Positions 48,087-59,699 of a stretch of 64,000 bases of DNA are shown here, piece after piece. The translations under genes and the position numbers were made by a program. This DNA comes from Amoebophrya sp. A120. Its lineage: Eukaryota; Protista; Dinoflagellata. The notes beneath the pieces were generated by a model that ran no database searches, was not told the origin of the DNA, and was given only the letters and a program-made list of their open reading frames with translations. The stretch spans positions 1,361,907 through 1,425,906 of the forward strand of contig CAJINV010000009.1 in NCBI GenBank assembly GCA_905178155.1. Reading direction: 5' to 3'. Numbering within the stretch: position 1 is the first letter of the stretch; every line of letters begins with the position of its first letter.

Positions 48087-48903
48087 TCTTTGTAACAGAC
48101 TTTCATCGTGCTTTTCTGATGGAACGCGGCCTTACGAAAGATCAGTAGCTTGCAAAGCAACCCTTTTTGTACGCCTACCCCCTTTCCCAAACGCCTACCT
48201 GCTTTCCAATCCTGGACAGGCAGTTAGTTTACAAGCACGCACGATTGTATTTTTTTCTCTACCCGGATACCAGTCCTATTTAATACTCAAAAAGGCAATC
48301 CTGTCGGAAGAAACCGGCATCAGCTTTTTCCCCTATGTTGTGCCTGGACATCTTCCGTGCAAGAGGATTGATTCCAGTCAGAATGATAGTTTGTGACACG
48401 CCCTGCATGAAAAATCAAAAAAAGCTCTCTCGCGATGCGTCGTTCCGTTTGTAATGGTTGCGTTTTTATACCGCCTCGCTGTGTTCAAGTCGCCATTTCT
48501 GATATGATAGCTCTCAGAGCTGTATGGCAGCACTAGTATTCTGAATAGACTAAAGCCATCTTGTTTTTGTGTCGTACATCATGGACTTTCGTTCAGAGGT
48601 TGCAGCTCGTTCAGTTTTCGTCGATTTTGTGATTCTGGCCCACTGCGTCTTGCAGGTCAATTTCGTATCATCGTACATTAAGCGTCGTTGTCGTGCTACA
48701 CCGTGTTTGTCGTTCAACATTGGAAGTCAAAATAACAGTAATGAGCCCGTGTTTTCCTCTATGAAGCTTCAATGGTTTGTTGGTTTCGCATCTTCTACTA
48801 CCGTCCAGTTCCTCTCTCTTTCAAAAACACAAATTTCGAGGGCTCTGCCTTTACTTCTGAAGCAAATCTAAGTGGCAACCTTTTCAAGTTTTTCAAAAAA
48901 AGC

Positions 48904-49470
48904 ATGTGCGTACAGAGTAACATGGTGCAGGTCGTCGACCTGCGAGCGCAGTCGATCGGTGTTCCTTTGGAAAAGGCACCGTATTCCGACCTTTCCATCC
49001 CGGCGCACGTGCTCCAGGTGTCCATCTCGGAAGGTCAAGTGGAAGAAGCGGACGGCGCTGAACTGTTAGCGATCTACGCACAGAAGCTTGCCCAAATGCT
49101 TGCGCCCGGACAGAAAGCGGCTCAAGATTTGGCCACGATCTCGATGTTTGCTGCCTTCCTGCTATTGTACGCGGTTTTTTTCTTCGCCGGGGTTGCCGTG
49201 GAGCTCCTCCTCTGCGCCTGCTATCAGCAAGAGCGAGATGACCTGATGATGTGGTACGCGTACGACAAGATGGAGGGGGACAAGCACAAGCTCGCAGTCA
49301 GCTTCTGTTGTGACGCTGTCTTGGATCATAGTCTGGGTGACGGAGACGAACTCGATGCGTGGTATGCCGACGGGGACGAGACCACGGCAAGCGAGACGTC
49401 TTCCACGAGCGTTACCACCTGGATGTACTTGTCACATGGACGGTACGAGCGGGTCGTGAGACATATTTAA
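48904..49470 (+). CDS. Family A single-TM protein (188 aa); preceded by TCGT island 48570-48720
   Basis: MCVQSNMVQVVDLRAQSIGVPLEKAPY...IPAHVLQ aligns with 27378. DDLMMWY, DAWY and TWMYLSHGRY motifs. Confidence 0.78.
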   Translation: MCVQSNMVQVVDLRAQSIGVPLEKAPYSDLSIPAHVLQVSISEGQVEEADGAELLAIYAQKLAQMLAPGQKAAQDLATISMFAAFLLLYAVFFFAGVAVELLLCACYQQERDDLMMWYAYDKMEGDKHKLAVSFCCDAVLDHSLGDGDELDAWYADGDETTASETSSTSVTTWMYLSHGRYERVVRHI

Positions 49471-50484
49471 AATCCGAAGCATTCAATTCCGAAAGTTTAC
49501 CGACCTTTCTATTATTTTGATCAATTTGAATTTTCCAAAACGATTTTTTCATTTCTCGCCGAGCCAGTTTTTTGTTATGTGATAGTGACCACGACAAAAC
49601 TTGTTTCTGATTCCTTGTTGCACAATTTTTGTTTTCCCACACTGCGTCGATCTGTTTGTCTTTCACTGATCTAGCCTGATTTTTTGCGTTTCGATTTTCA
49701 TGTACAGCGAGTTGAAGCTTCAACATTTTTCCGTTTGATCACTGCTCACACGTTCGCTTGTTGCGAGGTTTTCCTATCACTTTAGAAGAAAAAGCATTGC
49801 GCGCTCGATGAAATATCTACGATCTGATGACAATAAGTGCGAGTTAATATTTTACGCTTTTTCACTTTGAGTTTTCCGAATACTTAGATTCGCTACGTTC
49901 ATATTCATCATGTATTTCATGCACCAGTACGCCGCCCCTGGATGGTGGTACAGAGCTCCAGCTTGAAAGGAAGAAAAGTTTGAATCATGTATATACGTTA
50001 GTATCTGGCAGTTTTTTCGTGCTAAATTTCAGATGGGCAATTGAAAAGATCACATGGTACCGGACATTTTCGGTATCGTCCACCGCGGTGTTTAAGACAC
50101 CTGGTCAGTATGTTCCGCCCCATATTATGCAGGTTCAAGACCACATACATACGTAGTTTGTACTTGTATTGCTCCGTTTGTGCAATTCTTTTCGTTCAAC
50201 AATCTCTTCGTGCAAGGAGCTGAAAAGGTGTTTGGTCGTTTTCTGCGATGCTGGTCGTTCACATCCCGACTCGTTCTCCCCTAAAGATAGTTTAGTAAGA
50301 TAGTACATCCACCGTCGTGCAGTGACCCGGACGAAATTTTGAAAAAAAAATATGTCGATGAAAAACCACAACCAGAGAAAAGTTTTCCACTCTCCTTTCC
50401 CTCGGCGGAAATACCTCGCTTTTTCGAAATTTTATCTCACAGTTTTTAGCCAACACGCTCCAATAACCTCTCGCACACAGAACC

Positions 50485-51200
50485 ATGTGTCTCACCAGGC
50501 CGATTTCGCTTGTTGTTCCCGCCCCGGTGGCGGTGAAAGAGGAGAAGGCGTCGCACGAGAAGAAACCCACGGCACAACACACGGCCAGTTTTTACGATCT
50601 GACCACGCACGACCGCAACCTCGACACCGGCAAACCGCCGTGCGACGTCGAGTACGTCCACACTTCCGTTGGTGTCGCACAGTACAATCTTGCCTTGCAC
50701 GACGACCCCGAAGATGACGACGCGCTGGACCACATTGCGCCGCTCCTTGCACTCGCTGCCCAATCACAGAAGATCGTCCGTTGCTTTTGCGGTGAGGGTT
50801 CGACGCGGGTGCGCCCAATCCTGGAAATTGTGCTGTTTTCCCTGTTCGGCGTGGTCGCAGGCATTTACGGGTTGCTGTTTCTCATCGCGGAACTGCTGTT
50901 TGCGCCGCCACAACAACCGTTTCACTCCTCCGATTTGCTCAGCGATTGGTACCTAGATGAGAGGGCGAGGACGCGGCATCAAAAGGTCAGCAAGCTACTT
51001 CGCCCTTCAGGGGCGACGTTGGTGAACAAACCATGACCCTGGAGGACTGGTATCTCCACGAGGAGGCCGATTCGAAATCCACTGTTTCCACGGATGCGCA
51101 TGAGAAGCAAACAACGTCAGCGAGGACCAGCCGAACCACTCTGACAACCTGGCGGTTTGTCCGGCACGGGGTCTACCAGAAGGAAGTCACGCTGCTCTGA
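50485..51200 (+). pseudogene. Family A member with a 1-nt frameshift near 50960 (pseudogene or assembly indel)
   Basis: The N-half has LLALAAQSQK, a TM and SDWY. The shifted frame gives LEDWY...TTWRFVRHGVYQKEVTLL* (TGA 51198-51200). Confidence 0.65.
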
Positions 51201-52140
51201 TGGGGCCCAGTTGTCCCCTTTGGAGGTTCATGCCGAGGTGTGCCTGATTCTCGGCCTAATTGAGCCTTTTCTGCCGAGCTTTCCCTTTACCTTTCGAACG
51301 ATTCATTGCACTTACACGTACAGGATTATCTATGATTCAAGCGTTCTGCCTCTGCTGCACAAATTTTCTAGTTTCAGCCTGCTCTCTTTTTAAATCGAAA
51401 AATGTCTATCACACTGCTCAGGTAACCAACACACTCTACGCCTTTTGATATTTGAGAACGGGTTTTCATATTTGAAAAAACAACACGGGTCGACAGTCAT
51501 TGTAATTCCATTTTGCAGCATAATTCTTTTGATAGCATCAAGTTCAAGATCTACAGTCATGACGTTCTAATGCCCAGCAAACACTTGCAAGTATGTGCAA
51601 AATGAAACTATGTTTTTGCCTGAATAAACGGGAAGTTGTTTATTTCTATGGTGCGCAGACGAAAGAAAAATAATGCACAGTCCAGAGGCGAAGTAGCGCT
51701 GTCAAATTGAGCTACGCTAAAGTCGTAGCTTCTCTCCAGTCTGTATTTCGAATTTTGTCAAGTCTGATTTAGTATCAAGAAGTCTTGGTCGTGCGTCGCT
51801 CGTCATCGTTCTAAGAAAAGCTGGCTGGCTCGTCGTGCTGCTGCCGCATGCCTTTCTATCGTCCACTCGCACCGTCGTTCTGTTGAAACATACTTCTCAT
51901 CGTCCATGTACTTCGTCGTTTTTGATGTGGTTGCCTCCAGATCCATTATCGATCTGAAGTTTTTGCAATGCCGAGTTTGGTGAAACATATGATGTCACTA
52001 CTAACTCAGACAACTTACGCGCAAATCTTCCAGACGTATCAGGAACCTGTTTTCCAAACCTCTCAAATTTATCTTTTTTCTTCTTCTGCTAAGGCTAGCA
52101 TTCACTCTCTCAGCGTTTCACTTTATCACTACACGCAACG

Positions 52141-53219
52141 ATGCAGTCTCCCCTGTGCGGAATGTATTGCTCGTGCACTAGTTGCTACGAGCGCTCTATC
52201 CTCGAAGCCTGCACCGAGGCGGAGTGCAGTGCGACCGATTTTGGCACGGCGAAGATCTATAACTTGGACGAGCCTGCTCACCTGCAACCGGTGACGGAGC
52301 TTTTCCAGATGGACTCTGAAGACGAGGAGCAGCAGAGCATGGGTAAGCGCATTAGTTTTCTTATCACTCTACCCAGTTCGCAGCTGCATACTTTCGGTGG
52401 AAACATTTAGCAATTGCATCAGGTTCTGTTTGTCAGTTTTAGCGCGCAATCATTTTACGTACGTATTGTTCAAAACTTACAGGTGAAAACGACGAGTTCT
52501 GTCCGGACCACCTGTTTCCGTCGAGCACGTCAACCATCTCTTCGGCGATCGTGCACGTGCCGAAAGCGAAACGGACTCCCGCCCCGAAACGGTTGCGCGT
52601 CGTTGAGATGCGAAACAAGGGGAAGTTGCTAATGCCTTCCAACCCCGGACCGAAACAGCAAAAGCACTTCTCCGGCATGGTCTTCACGTACTACCAATGT
52701 GTTTTGGTTTGCGGCAAGCAGGAGTTTGACGTGCGTTTTTTCGCCTGCCAGGTTTATATCGGGGGTTGCCTCGTTTCGGAAGCAGCGGCTTTTTACCTAG
52801 CGCCTACGAAAAGTGGGGAGTTGCAGGATACGCAAGTAAAATGCGGCTTGGAACGCGAACGGTCTGGAGTGCAGCTTCTTCCCCTTCTATCGGACACGCT
52901 GGATTCGCGACGGGCGCTGAAGTACAATTGCATCCAGGCGCGGAGCTGCAGACTACTTTCCCCAGACGGTCAGGTGAAATGCCTTGCAGCACTTGCTGGC
53001 AGTGACGAAAAGGTCTGGAAGAAGATGTTGCCATCGGGGCCTAAGTCAAGCAAAGACGACTTTCCCCATTCGATTAGTGTCCTCAGCTCGCCGAAAATCT
53101 CGGCGCTCAGGTTTTTTCCGATGTTTGCTGTCATCTGCTTTTTCTTGTTACCAAGTTTCGCATTTTTTGACATGAGTTCGAGTCTCGCTGTTCCTTCCGT
53201 TATCCGCAATGAGATGTAA
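52141..53219 (+). CDS. Family B tail-anchored protein with Cys-rich leader; exons 52141-52342 and 52483-53219; TCGT island 51785-51925 upstream
   Basis: Phase-1 intron GTAAGC...TTACAG (52343-52482) gives QSMG|ENDEFCPD. Differences from the 55176 copy include synonymous changes and 3n indels in this frame. C-terminal TM. Confidence 0.72.
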
Positions 53220-53869
53220 GTTTCATCTACTCGTTCAAAAAAAACCGTCAATGCGCCGTAGCTTTTATCCTTCTACAGTTTCATGAAGTACACATTCGTC
53301 TTTTTCTCAAAAGGTCATAGTTTTGTTGGCAAACATTCTGCAGAAGATTATACCTCCCATGAGTTCAGTTTCTCTCGACCGCCACAATCGGATTTCTGTA
53401 CATTAACAAATAGTCTTCATAGAGGTTGTCCTCCAAGACATAGGATTCTCGAGCGGATCAGTGCTTCTTCGATGAGCGATCCTGGCGCAGGATTGCGTTT
53501 GGATCGTGTTCACTGTTCTAAGAGCAGGAATAGCCTCTGCTTGACCATGTGATTGAGAGCATCCGTAGTACGGGCGCAGAGGACTACCAGCATCAAAAGA
53601 GCGTGAGCAAACTGACTTGAATAAGCAGAGTTAACAGAGGAGCGCTTGAAAATGAGTGAAAAGCAGAGAAATGGCTTCTGAGGGAGGACTTCACAGAAGT
53701 CTTGCTATGTTGTCCTTCCCTATGAATAAAAGATGACGCGACCGTCCGAATGTGGCACAGTGGCCAGGGAGTGGCCTGGGGAGGAGATTCGTTAGTGGGC
53801 AGAGAAGTCTGCTACTTGGTTTCCTGCTGTAACTCTGGCCGCCTGTCGGTGGTGCAGCGTCACTCATTT

Positions 53870-54550
53870 TTGGACATTGGGAACGCGGGGAGCGAGCTTC
53901 CACTATTTGTACGTGTCCCCCCCGCAAGAAGAAAAAGAGGGGCAATGTCCTTGGCCGGCCGTCATCGCCGATCCCGCTTGGGAGCCCGACGGGGGCGCCG
54001 CACTGGCCGCATGGTATGAAGATAATGAAGCCGCCCCACCGCGGGCGTGGCGGCGACCTGGCTGCGTTTTCCGTGCGGGGCCTACTTCGCCATGTTTGGC
54101 CGCGGTGCTGCAGGAGGTTTGGCCGAATACAGAAGAGCCGTTTCGAGGGCCGCACTGAGGAGGCGGAGCGCCGCATCTCTGCCGCAGAGCGATTCCTAGG
54201 AGGGCGCGCGGTTGTCGGAGACTTCGGGGAGATAGAAGGCGCGAACAGGATGCGCCCGGCCTCTTGGCGCGCTGTCTTTGCGCGCGGCGGCCTTCGCCTT
54301 GGGGCCCGTGGCACGCCGGGGGGCTCCCCCCGCTCCACTGCCTGGCGAGGAATTTACCCAGGCGATTTCTACCGGGCCCGTCCGGCTTCCTTTCTGATTG
54401 ATAACCTGGCAGCAGCCCGCTGCCGCTCCGCGGGCGCCCGGCGCTGGAATCCTGCCCGGTGTGCTGCGCGTTCGCGACGCTGCCGCGCCCATTCAAAAAT
54501 TAATATGCGACTGCGTTTTATCCGGAAAGCTTTAGCAGCGCGCTTTTCCG
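53870..54550 (+). pseudogene. GC-rich island containing a decayed family A C-terminus
   Basis: DGGAALAAWYED (53988-54023) and frameshifted TWLRFPCGAY (54056-54085) compared with DGDELDAWYAD and TWRFVRHGVY / TWMYLSHGRY. Confidence 0.55.
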
Positions 54551-55175
54551 CGGGAGATGATGACTGTTCGACTTTTTCCTAAAGGATTTTGCGAGAAAGC
54601 CCCTCAAAGATCATGCGTTCGATCACCAGTGCAACGTCCCCGAAGCAGCTTGCACGATTTGAAAGCACTAGCCACACGTACGCTGTTTCTCTCGAGTCTG
54701 TGCTTCCGAATTTCGTCAATTCCTAACGGAGTAAAGCAGTCAGGCCGACTCCAGAGATGTCGTGGTCGTGCTGCGAAGATCGTCATCGTTTACGTTTTAC
54801 CCACTCGGTAGAAGCAAACTTCTGGCTCGTGCTGCTGCCACATGTTTTTTTTCGTCCACTCGTACTCTCGTTCCGTTAAAACGTAGTCCTTCCTGCTCAT
54901 CGTCCATTTCTTGCTTCGTCGTTCTTGAACAATTGGGTGTCCCCAGATCTATCATGGATCTGAAGTTGTGCTTGGAATGCCGAGTTTGATGAAACACCTC
55001 TCTACTCTTCGAGACGTAAGTACCAGGAACCTGTTTTCCAAACCTCTCATACTAACTTTTAAACTTCTACTCTCGCTTGAATTCTGGGCTTACCACTTTC
55101 AATCTATTTTCTTCTGCTAAGTAGGCAAGCAGTAACTTACTCTTTCAGCGTTTCACTTTATCGCTACACGCAACG

Positions 55176-56269
55176 ATGCAGTCTCCCCTGTGCGGAATGT
55201 ATTGTTCGTGCACTAGTTGCTATGAGCGCTCTATCCTCGAAGCCTGCACAGAGGCGGAGTGCAGTGCGAACGATTTTGGCACGGCGAAGATCTATAACTT
55301 GGACGAGCCTGCTCACCTGCAACCGGTGACGGAGCTTTTCCAGATGGACTCTGAAGACGAGGAGCAGCAGAGCATGGGTAAGCGCATTAGTTTTCTTATC
55401 ACTCTACCCAGTTCGCAGCTGCGTACTTTCGGTGGAAACATTTAGCAATTGCATCAGGTTCTGTTTGTCGGTTTTAGCGCGCAATCATTTTACGTACGTA
55501 TTGTTCAAAACTTACAGGTGACAACGACGAGTTCTGTCCGGACCACCTGTTTCCGTCGAGCACGTCAACCATCTCTTCGGCGATCGTGCACGTGCCGAAA
55601 GCGAAACGGAGTCCCGCCCCGAAGCGGTCGTGCGTGATGGAGTTGCGAAAAAAAGGCAAGTTGCTGATGCTTTCCAACCCCGGACCGAAACAGCAAAAGC
55701 ATTTCTCCGGCATGGTCTTCACGTACTACCAATGTGTTTTGGTCTGCGGCAAGCAGGAGTTTGACGTGCATTTTTTCGCCTGCCAGGTTTACATCGGGGG
55801 GTGCCTCGTTTCGGAAGCAGCGGCTTTTTACTGTGGCCCTGCGAAAAGTGGGGAGTTGCTGTATACGCATGTAAAATGCGGTTTGGAACGGTCTGGAGTG
55901 CAGCTTCTTGACCCACTGGACACGCCGGTTTCGCGACGGGCGCTGAAGTACAATTGCATGCACCAGGCGCGGACATGCAGACTACTTTCCCCAGACGGTC
56001 AGGTGAAATGCCTTGCAGCACTTGCTGGCAGTGACGAGAAGGTCTGGAAGAAGATGTTGCCATCGGGGCCTAAGTCAAGCAAAGACGACGACTTTCCCCA
56101 TTCGATTAGTGTCCTGAGCTCGCCGGGAATCTCGTCGCTCAGGCTTTTTCCGATGTTTGCTGCTATCTGCTTTTTCTTGTTACTAAGTTTCGCATTTTTT
56201 GACATGAGTTCGAGTCTCGCTATCCGCAATGAGACGTACCGGGGCACTGCAGTTTTTATCCTGCCATAG
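55176..56269 (+). CDS. Family B protein, recent duplicate of 52141; exons 55176-55377 and 55518-56269; TCGT island 54710-54925 upstream
   Basis: Same 140-bp intron (55378-55517), QSMG|DNDEFCPD, and C-terminal TM. Confidence 0.72.
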
Positions 56270-56609
56270 TTTCATCAATTTCATCTCGAAGTACTTACAC
56301 ATTCGTCTTTCTGTAGTCTCGTTGGTGTTTTTAGGCAAGCATTGTTCTGCAGAAGATTTATCCATGAGTTCAGAAATAAATAACGTCTCAGATCCTCTCG
56401 ATCGCCACGCATCCAAATCCTCGCAAGCCACCTGAATCTTGTACAATAAGAAATAGTTCTCATTGATGTTTTCCATCGAGAAATGTTGCAAAGAAATGTT
56501 GAACTCCGGAATCGGACGCCTCTGTCGGGCTCTGCAACCCGCGAGCGGAAGAAGTTCCGGATCAGTTGTTTCTGCAGTGTCATCATCTTTTGTGTTGTCG
56601 CTTGCTTAT

Positions 56610-56885
56610 GTTTACGCCGTTAGAATTAGATTTTTCGTCCCTCCAAGATGATAGTTATCATCTGTACAAGTTGGTGCCAACGACTTTGGCAGCCGATTCG
56701 TTCTTCTGCGTGCGCGTCTTCGTACAGTTCAGGGCTCTATTTCGTCCTCTTCAATACTTCGTCGTACAAAGTTGTGGGTGCCCTACCTTGTAATTTCGTA
56801 TCGTTCTTCTTGTCCTCTCGTGTTAGTCTTGGTGTACCGCGCGTGTGCGGTATTCTTCTAGAGAACTGCCACGTGATCGTGCTAA
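56610..56885 (+). promoter_or_regulatory. TCGT-rich upstream island of formin 57093
   Basis: TCGT cluster, then an A/C-rich leader ending gcacaATG. Confidence 0.45.
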
Positions 56886-57092
56886 ATACGCCTTGCGAGG
56901 CCACTTCAATTGAAAAAATCAATCAACTTCTTCTGACACCTTCAACAGTACCATGTCCTCACTGACATCACCACAACTTTAAGTTTACTAAACCGGTTCC
57001 ATGTGACGAATCTCAACAAACAAACAAATAAACAAGTTTACTAAACATTCAACTTTTAAGATTTCTTGCGTAGTTTCTAACACAATAGCACA

Positions 57093-58949
57093 ATGTTGGA
57101 GGAACAACTGCTCGTGTTGCAAATTTTGAAGGAGAAGTACCCGTTGGAGGAGGGTGACCTGGAGGGCGCAAGTGCCAGGATCAAGGAACTGGAGGCTCGA
57201 GTCGCGGAGTTGGAGGCGGAATTGGAAATGACCAAGGCTAAGGTCCAGAAGGCGGAACTAGACCAGAAGTCGTTTTATCTGGTGGAAGCAGTCAAAAAAG
57301 CGGAACCCCAGAAGATGAGCAAGGTTGACAGCGACGCAGAGACCACAGCCTCCGAAGATGAAGCTGAGAAACAGGAGGCGAAAAAAACCGCGACCACAGA
57401 ACCCGTCGAAATCGTTGAGCCGCTGCCGTCGAATTTGACGAAGGGCGAGGGGAAAGGTAAAGGCAAGGGAAAAAAAGGTTGTTCAGGCCCAGCACCGCCC
57501 GCGCCACCGGCTCTCGAGTGCGTTTCCACGGAGAAGTGTAAAGAACAAGTTGACCACGGCAAGGGTTGCGCTCCCATTATTCCAGTGAAGGGCAAGGGTA
57601 AGGGACCCAGCATCGGCATCAAGGGGGGAGCTGCGCCGCCTGCCAAGGGAGGGAGCAAGGGCAAAGGAAAAGGAAAAGGTTTTGCCCGGCCCCCCGGAGC
57701 GCCGGACGTTGCTGCAGAACTGTGCCCGGAAGATATGGAAAGTCCGGCGTTGCACTGGTCCATGCTTTCGGTAGAGGTTTACAAGAAATCCCTTTTCTTG
57801 AAGGCAGAAGCGCACTTGACGACCACGAGCAGGTTTAACGATCGCAGCGGCCTCATCCAGAAGTTCTTCCGGCCAAAGAAGACAAGCGAACAAGCTGCAA
57901 TCGTCCCGCGCAAGAGACCGGTACAGGAGGAAGTGCCGAAGCTCCTGGAGGACAGGGAGAAAGTGCGCTGCGTCGAGATCCTGTTGCAATCTCAGTCCGC
58001 TGAAGCCAGAGTGTCTGCCGCGAGCCTGGATAAGCTCATGACCTCCAGCACTACCCCGAGACCCGAAGACTTGGACCTCCTCCACCGGGTGTCGATGTTT
58101 GCCCCGACGGTCGACGAGCAGAGGCAATTGGACAAGTACGACTTGCTACCAGAAGAGATGCAGGGCAAGGTCGGGCGAGCTGAGAGATTCCTCGTGAGCC
58201 TTGGCAAGGTGGAAAAATTTGCGCAGCGAGCCAAGGCCACAGTTTTGCTCGTGGAGGTGCCGGACACGGCGGAGCGCCTTCGTCAGCGTCTGTTAGCGGC
58301 GGAAAGAGCCGCTCACTGTCTGCTCAGTTCTGATGCCCTCGTAGCCGGCTTTACCTTGCTGGTGAAGCTGGGCAATCTAGTGAACGCCGGGACGAGCAAG
58401 GGGCGGTGCTTTGGGTTTAACCTCGAATCTCTGCAAATGCTGTGCAACAGGGCGTCGGTGACGGACAAGAAGTACTCGCTCCTCAATGCTTGGTGTGAAG
58501 AGCTCTCCGCCGAAAACGACACGACGCTGTCGGATATCGAGGAGGTCCTGGCCGGCTGCAAATGCCTCGGGAAGGTGGTCAAGAATCTACCGGAGTTCGA
58601 GAAGGAAGTATTGCAACTGAAGGAGGATGCTGATTTCTTGCGCAAATCAGAACTCGTCACGGTCCCGAACGAACAGAGCGATGCAGTTGCAGCGGTTGCT
58701 GGGAAGTTGCGGGAACTGCAAAACACGGTCCTCACACTGCCGACCTACTTCGCGGCAACGCAGAAGCTAACTGACGTTGGCGAACTGTTGTCGTTCCTAG
58801 ACGAGTTCGGAATGCTGATCGGAAAAGCGAGGCTCGAGAATATGACTAAGAGAAATGCAGAAGAAAAAGCACGGAAGCGCGCGTCACTTATGAAGAAGAA
58901 AAACGACGCAAGCAAGGTAGCGTTTCAAGGTCAAAGCGAGCCCTTTTAA
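57093..58949 (+). CDS. Formin (FH2 domain) with coiled coil and GKG/Pro linker; intronless
   Basis: 618-aa ORF with ALHW, RCVEILL, FAPTVDE, GRAERFL and LVKLGNLVNAGTSKGRCFGFNLESL. Confidence 0.9.
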   Translation: MLEEQLLVLQILKEKYPLEEGDLEGASARIKELEARVAELEAELEMTKAKVQKAELDQKSFYLVEAVKKAEPQKMSKVDSDAETTASEDEAEKQEAKKTATTEPVEIVEPLPSNLTKGEGKGKGKGKKGCSGPAPPAPPALECVSTEKCKEQVDHGKGCAPIIPVKGKGKGPSIGIKGGAAPPAKGGSKGKGKGKGFARPPGAPDVAAELCPEDMESPALHWSMLSVEVYKKSLFLKAEAHLTTTSRFNDRSGLIQKFFRPKKTSEQAAIVPRKRPVQEEVPKLLEDREKVRCVEILLQSQSAEARVSAASLDKLMTSSTTPRPEDLDLLHRVSMFAPTVDEQRQLDKYDLLPEEMQGKVGRAERFLVSLGKVEKFAQRAKATVLLVEVPDTAERLRQRLLAAERAAHCLLSSDALVAGFTLLVKLGNLVNAGTSKGRCFGFNLESLQMLCNRASVTDKKYSLLNAWCEELSAENDTTLSDIEEVLAGCKCLGKVVKNLPEFEKEVLQLKEDADFLRKSELVTVPNEQSDAVAAVAGKLRELQNTVLTLPTYFAATQKLTDVGELLSFLDEFGMLIGKARLENMTKRNAEEKARKRASLMKKKNDASKVAFQGQSEPF

Positions 58950-59699
58950 AAAAATCCTCTCGAGCGAGTGTCACTCTCAGAGAGTGTACTATCTACATTA
59001 CCTCACTTTTATCTCTCTTGGAATTTTTGCAGGAAATAAACTCACAGGTCTACATCTTTCTACTACAAGCTAAATAAACAGTTTTGAAAAGGAGTTTCAA
59101 GCAGTCTTCATTCTTCAATTTTGATTTTCGTTTTTACAAGACTATGCACAGGCTTTCCATCTGCTGTCTGCAGTGCACGAAGTAAGTAGCAAACCGCTCT
59201 TCTCATGATATTGGTTGCGTTTTCCTTTTCTATGGACATCTAAAACCCGGTCTTCCATTACCAACCCGCTGAGGGTCGAGTCATCCATGTTGGCCTATAA
59301 TTCATTGTCGTATTTTACAATTCCATTTGAAAACGTTGTACTTGTACTGTTTACCGAGAACGAAGCACATGTCTTTCATGATGAACGCGAAACTGCCTCA
59401 TCTTTGTCAGCGCGCTTACGACGGGACCCGGTTCTGCTTTGTCAGATACGAATCATGTTCTGCATCTGGTGCGAAGAGAGTCACCCGAGCCGGAGTTCTG
59501 TTTAGTGTTTGACTTGAGGGGATACTTACGTTTGTCTGTAACTGACTCTGAGTACTAGTGCGAACGAGTACCGCTGGATGTTACTGCGATTCTGGCTTGA
59601 TGGCCCGAGTGCTCTCGTCGTGTTAATTTTCATTCTTGAGCTGTAGCTCATCTCTCACATTGACCGTCTCGCAAAAGTCTACACATAAAGAGGACAAGA

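Noticed and set aside
52675-52750. Possible extra GC-AG intron in family B exon 2 leading to an alternative frame
   Set aside because: Synonymous changes and 3n indels between the two copies support the uninterrupted frame.
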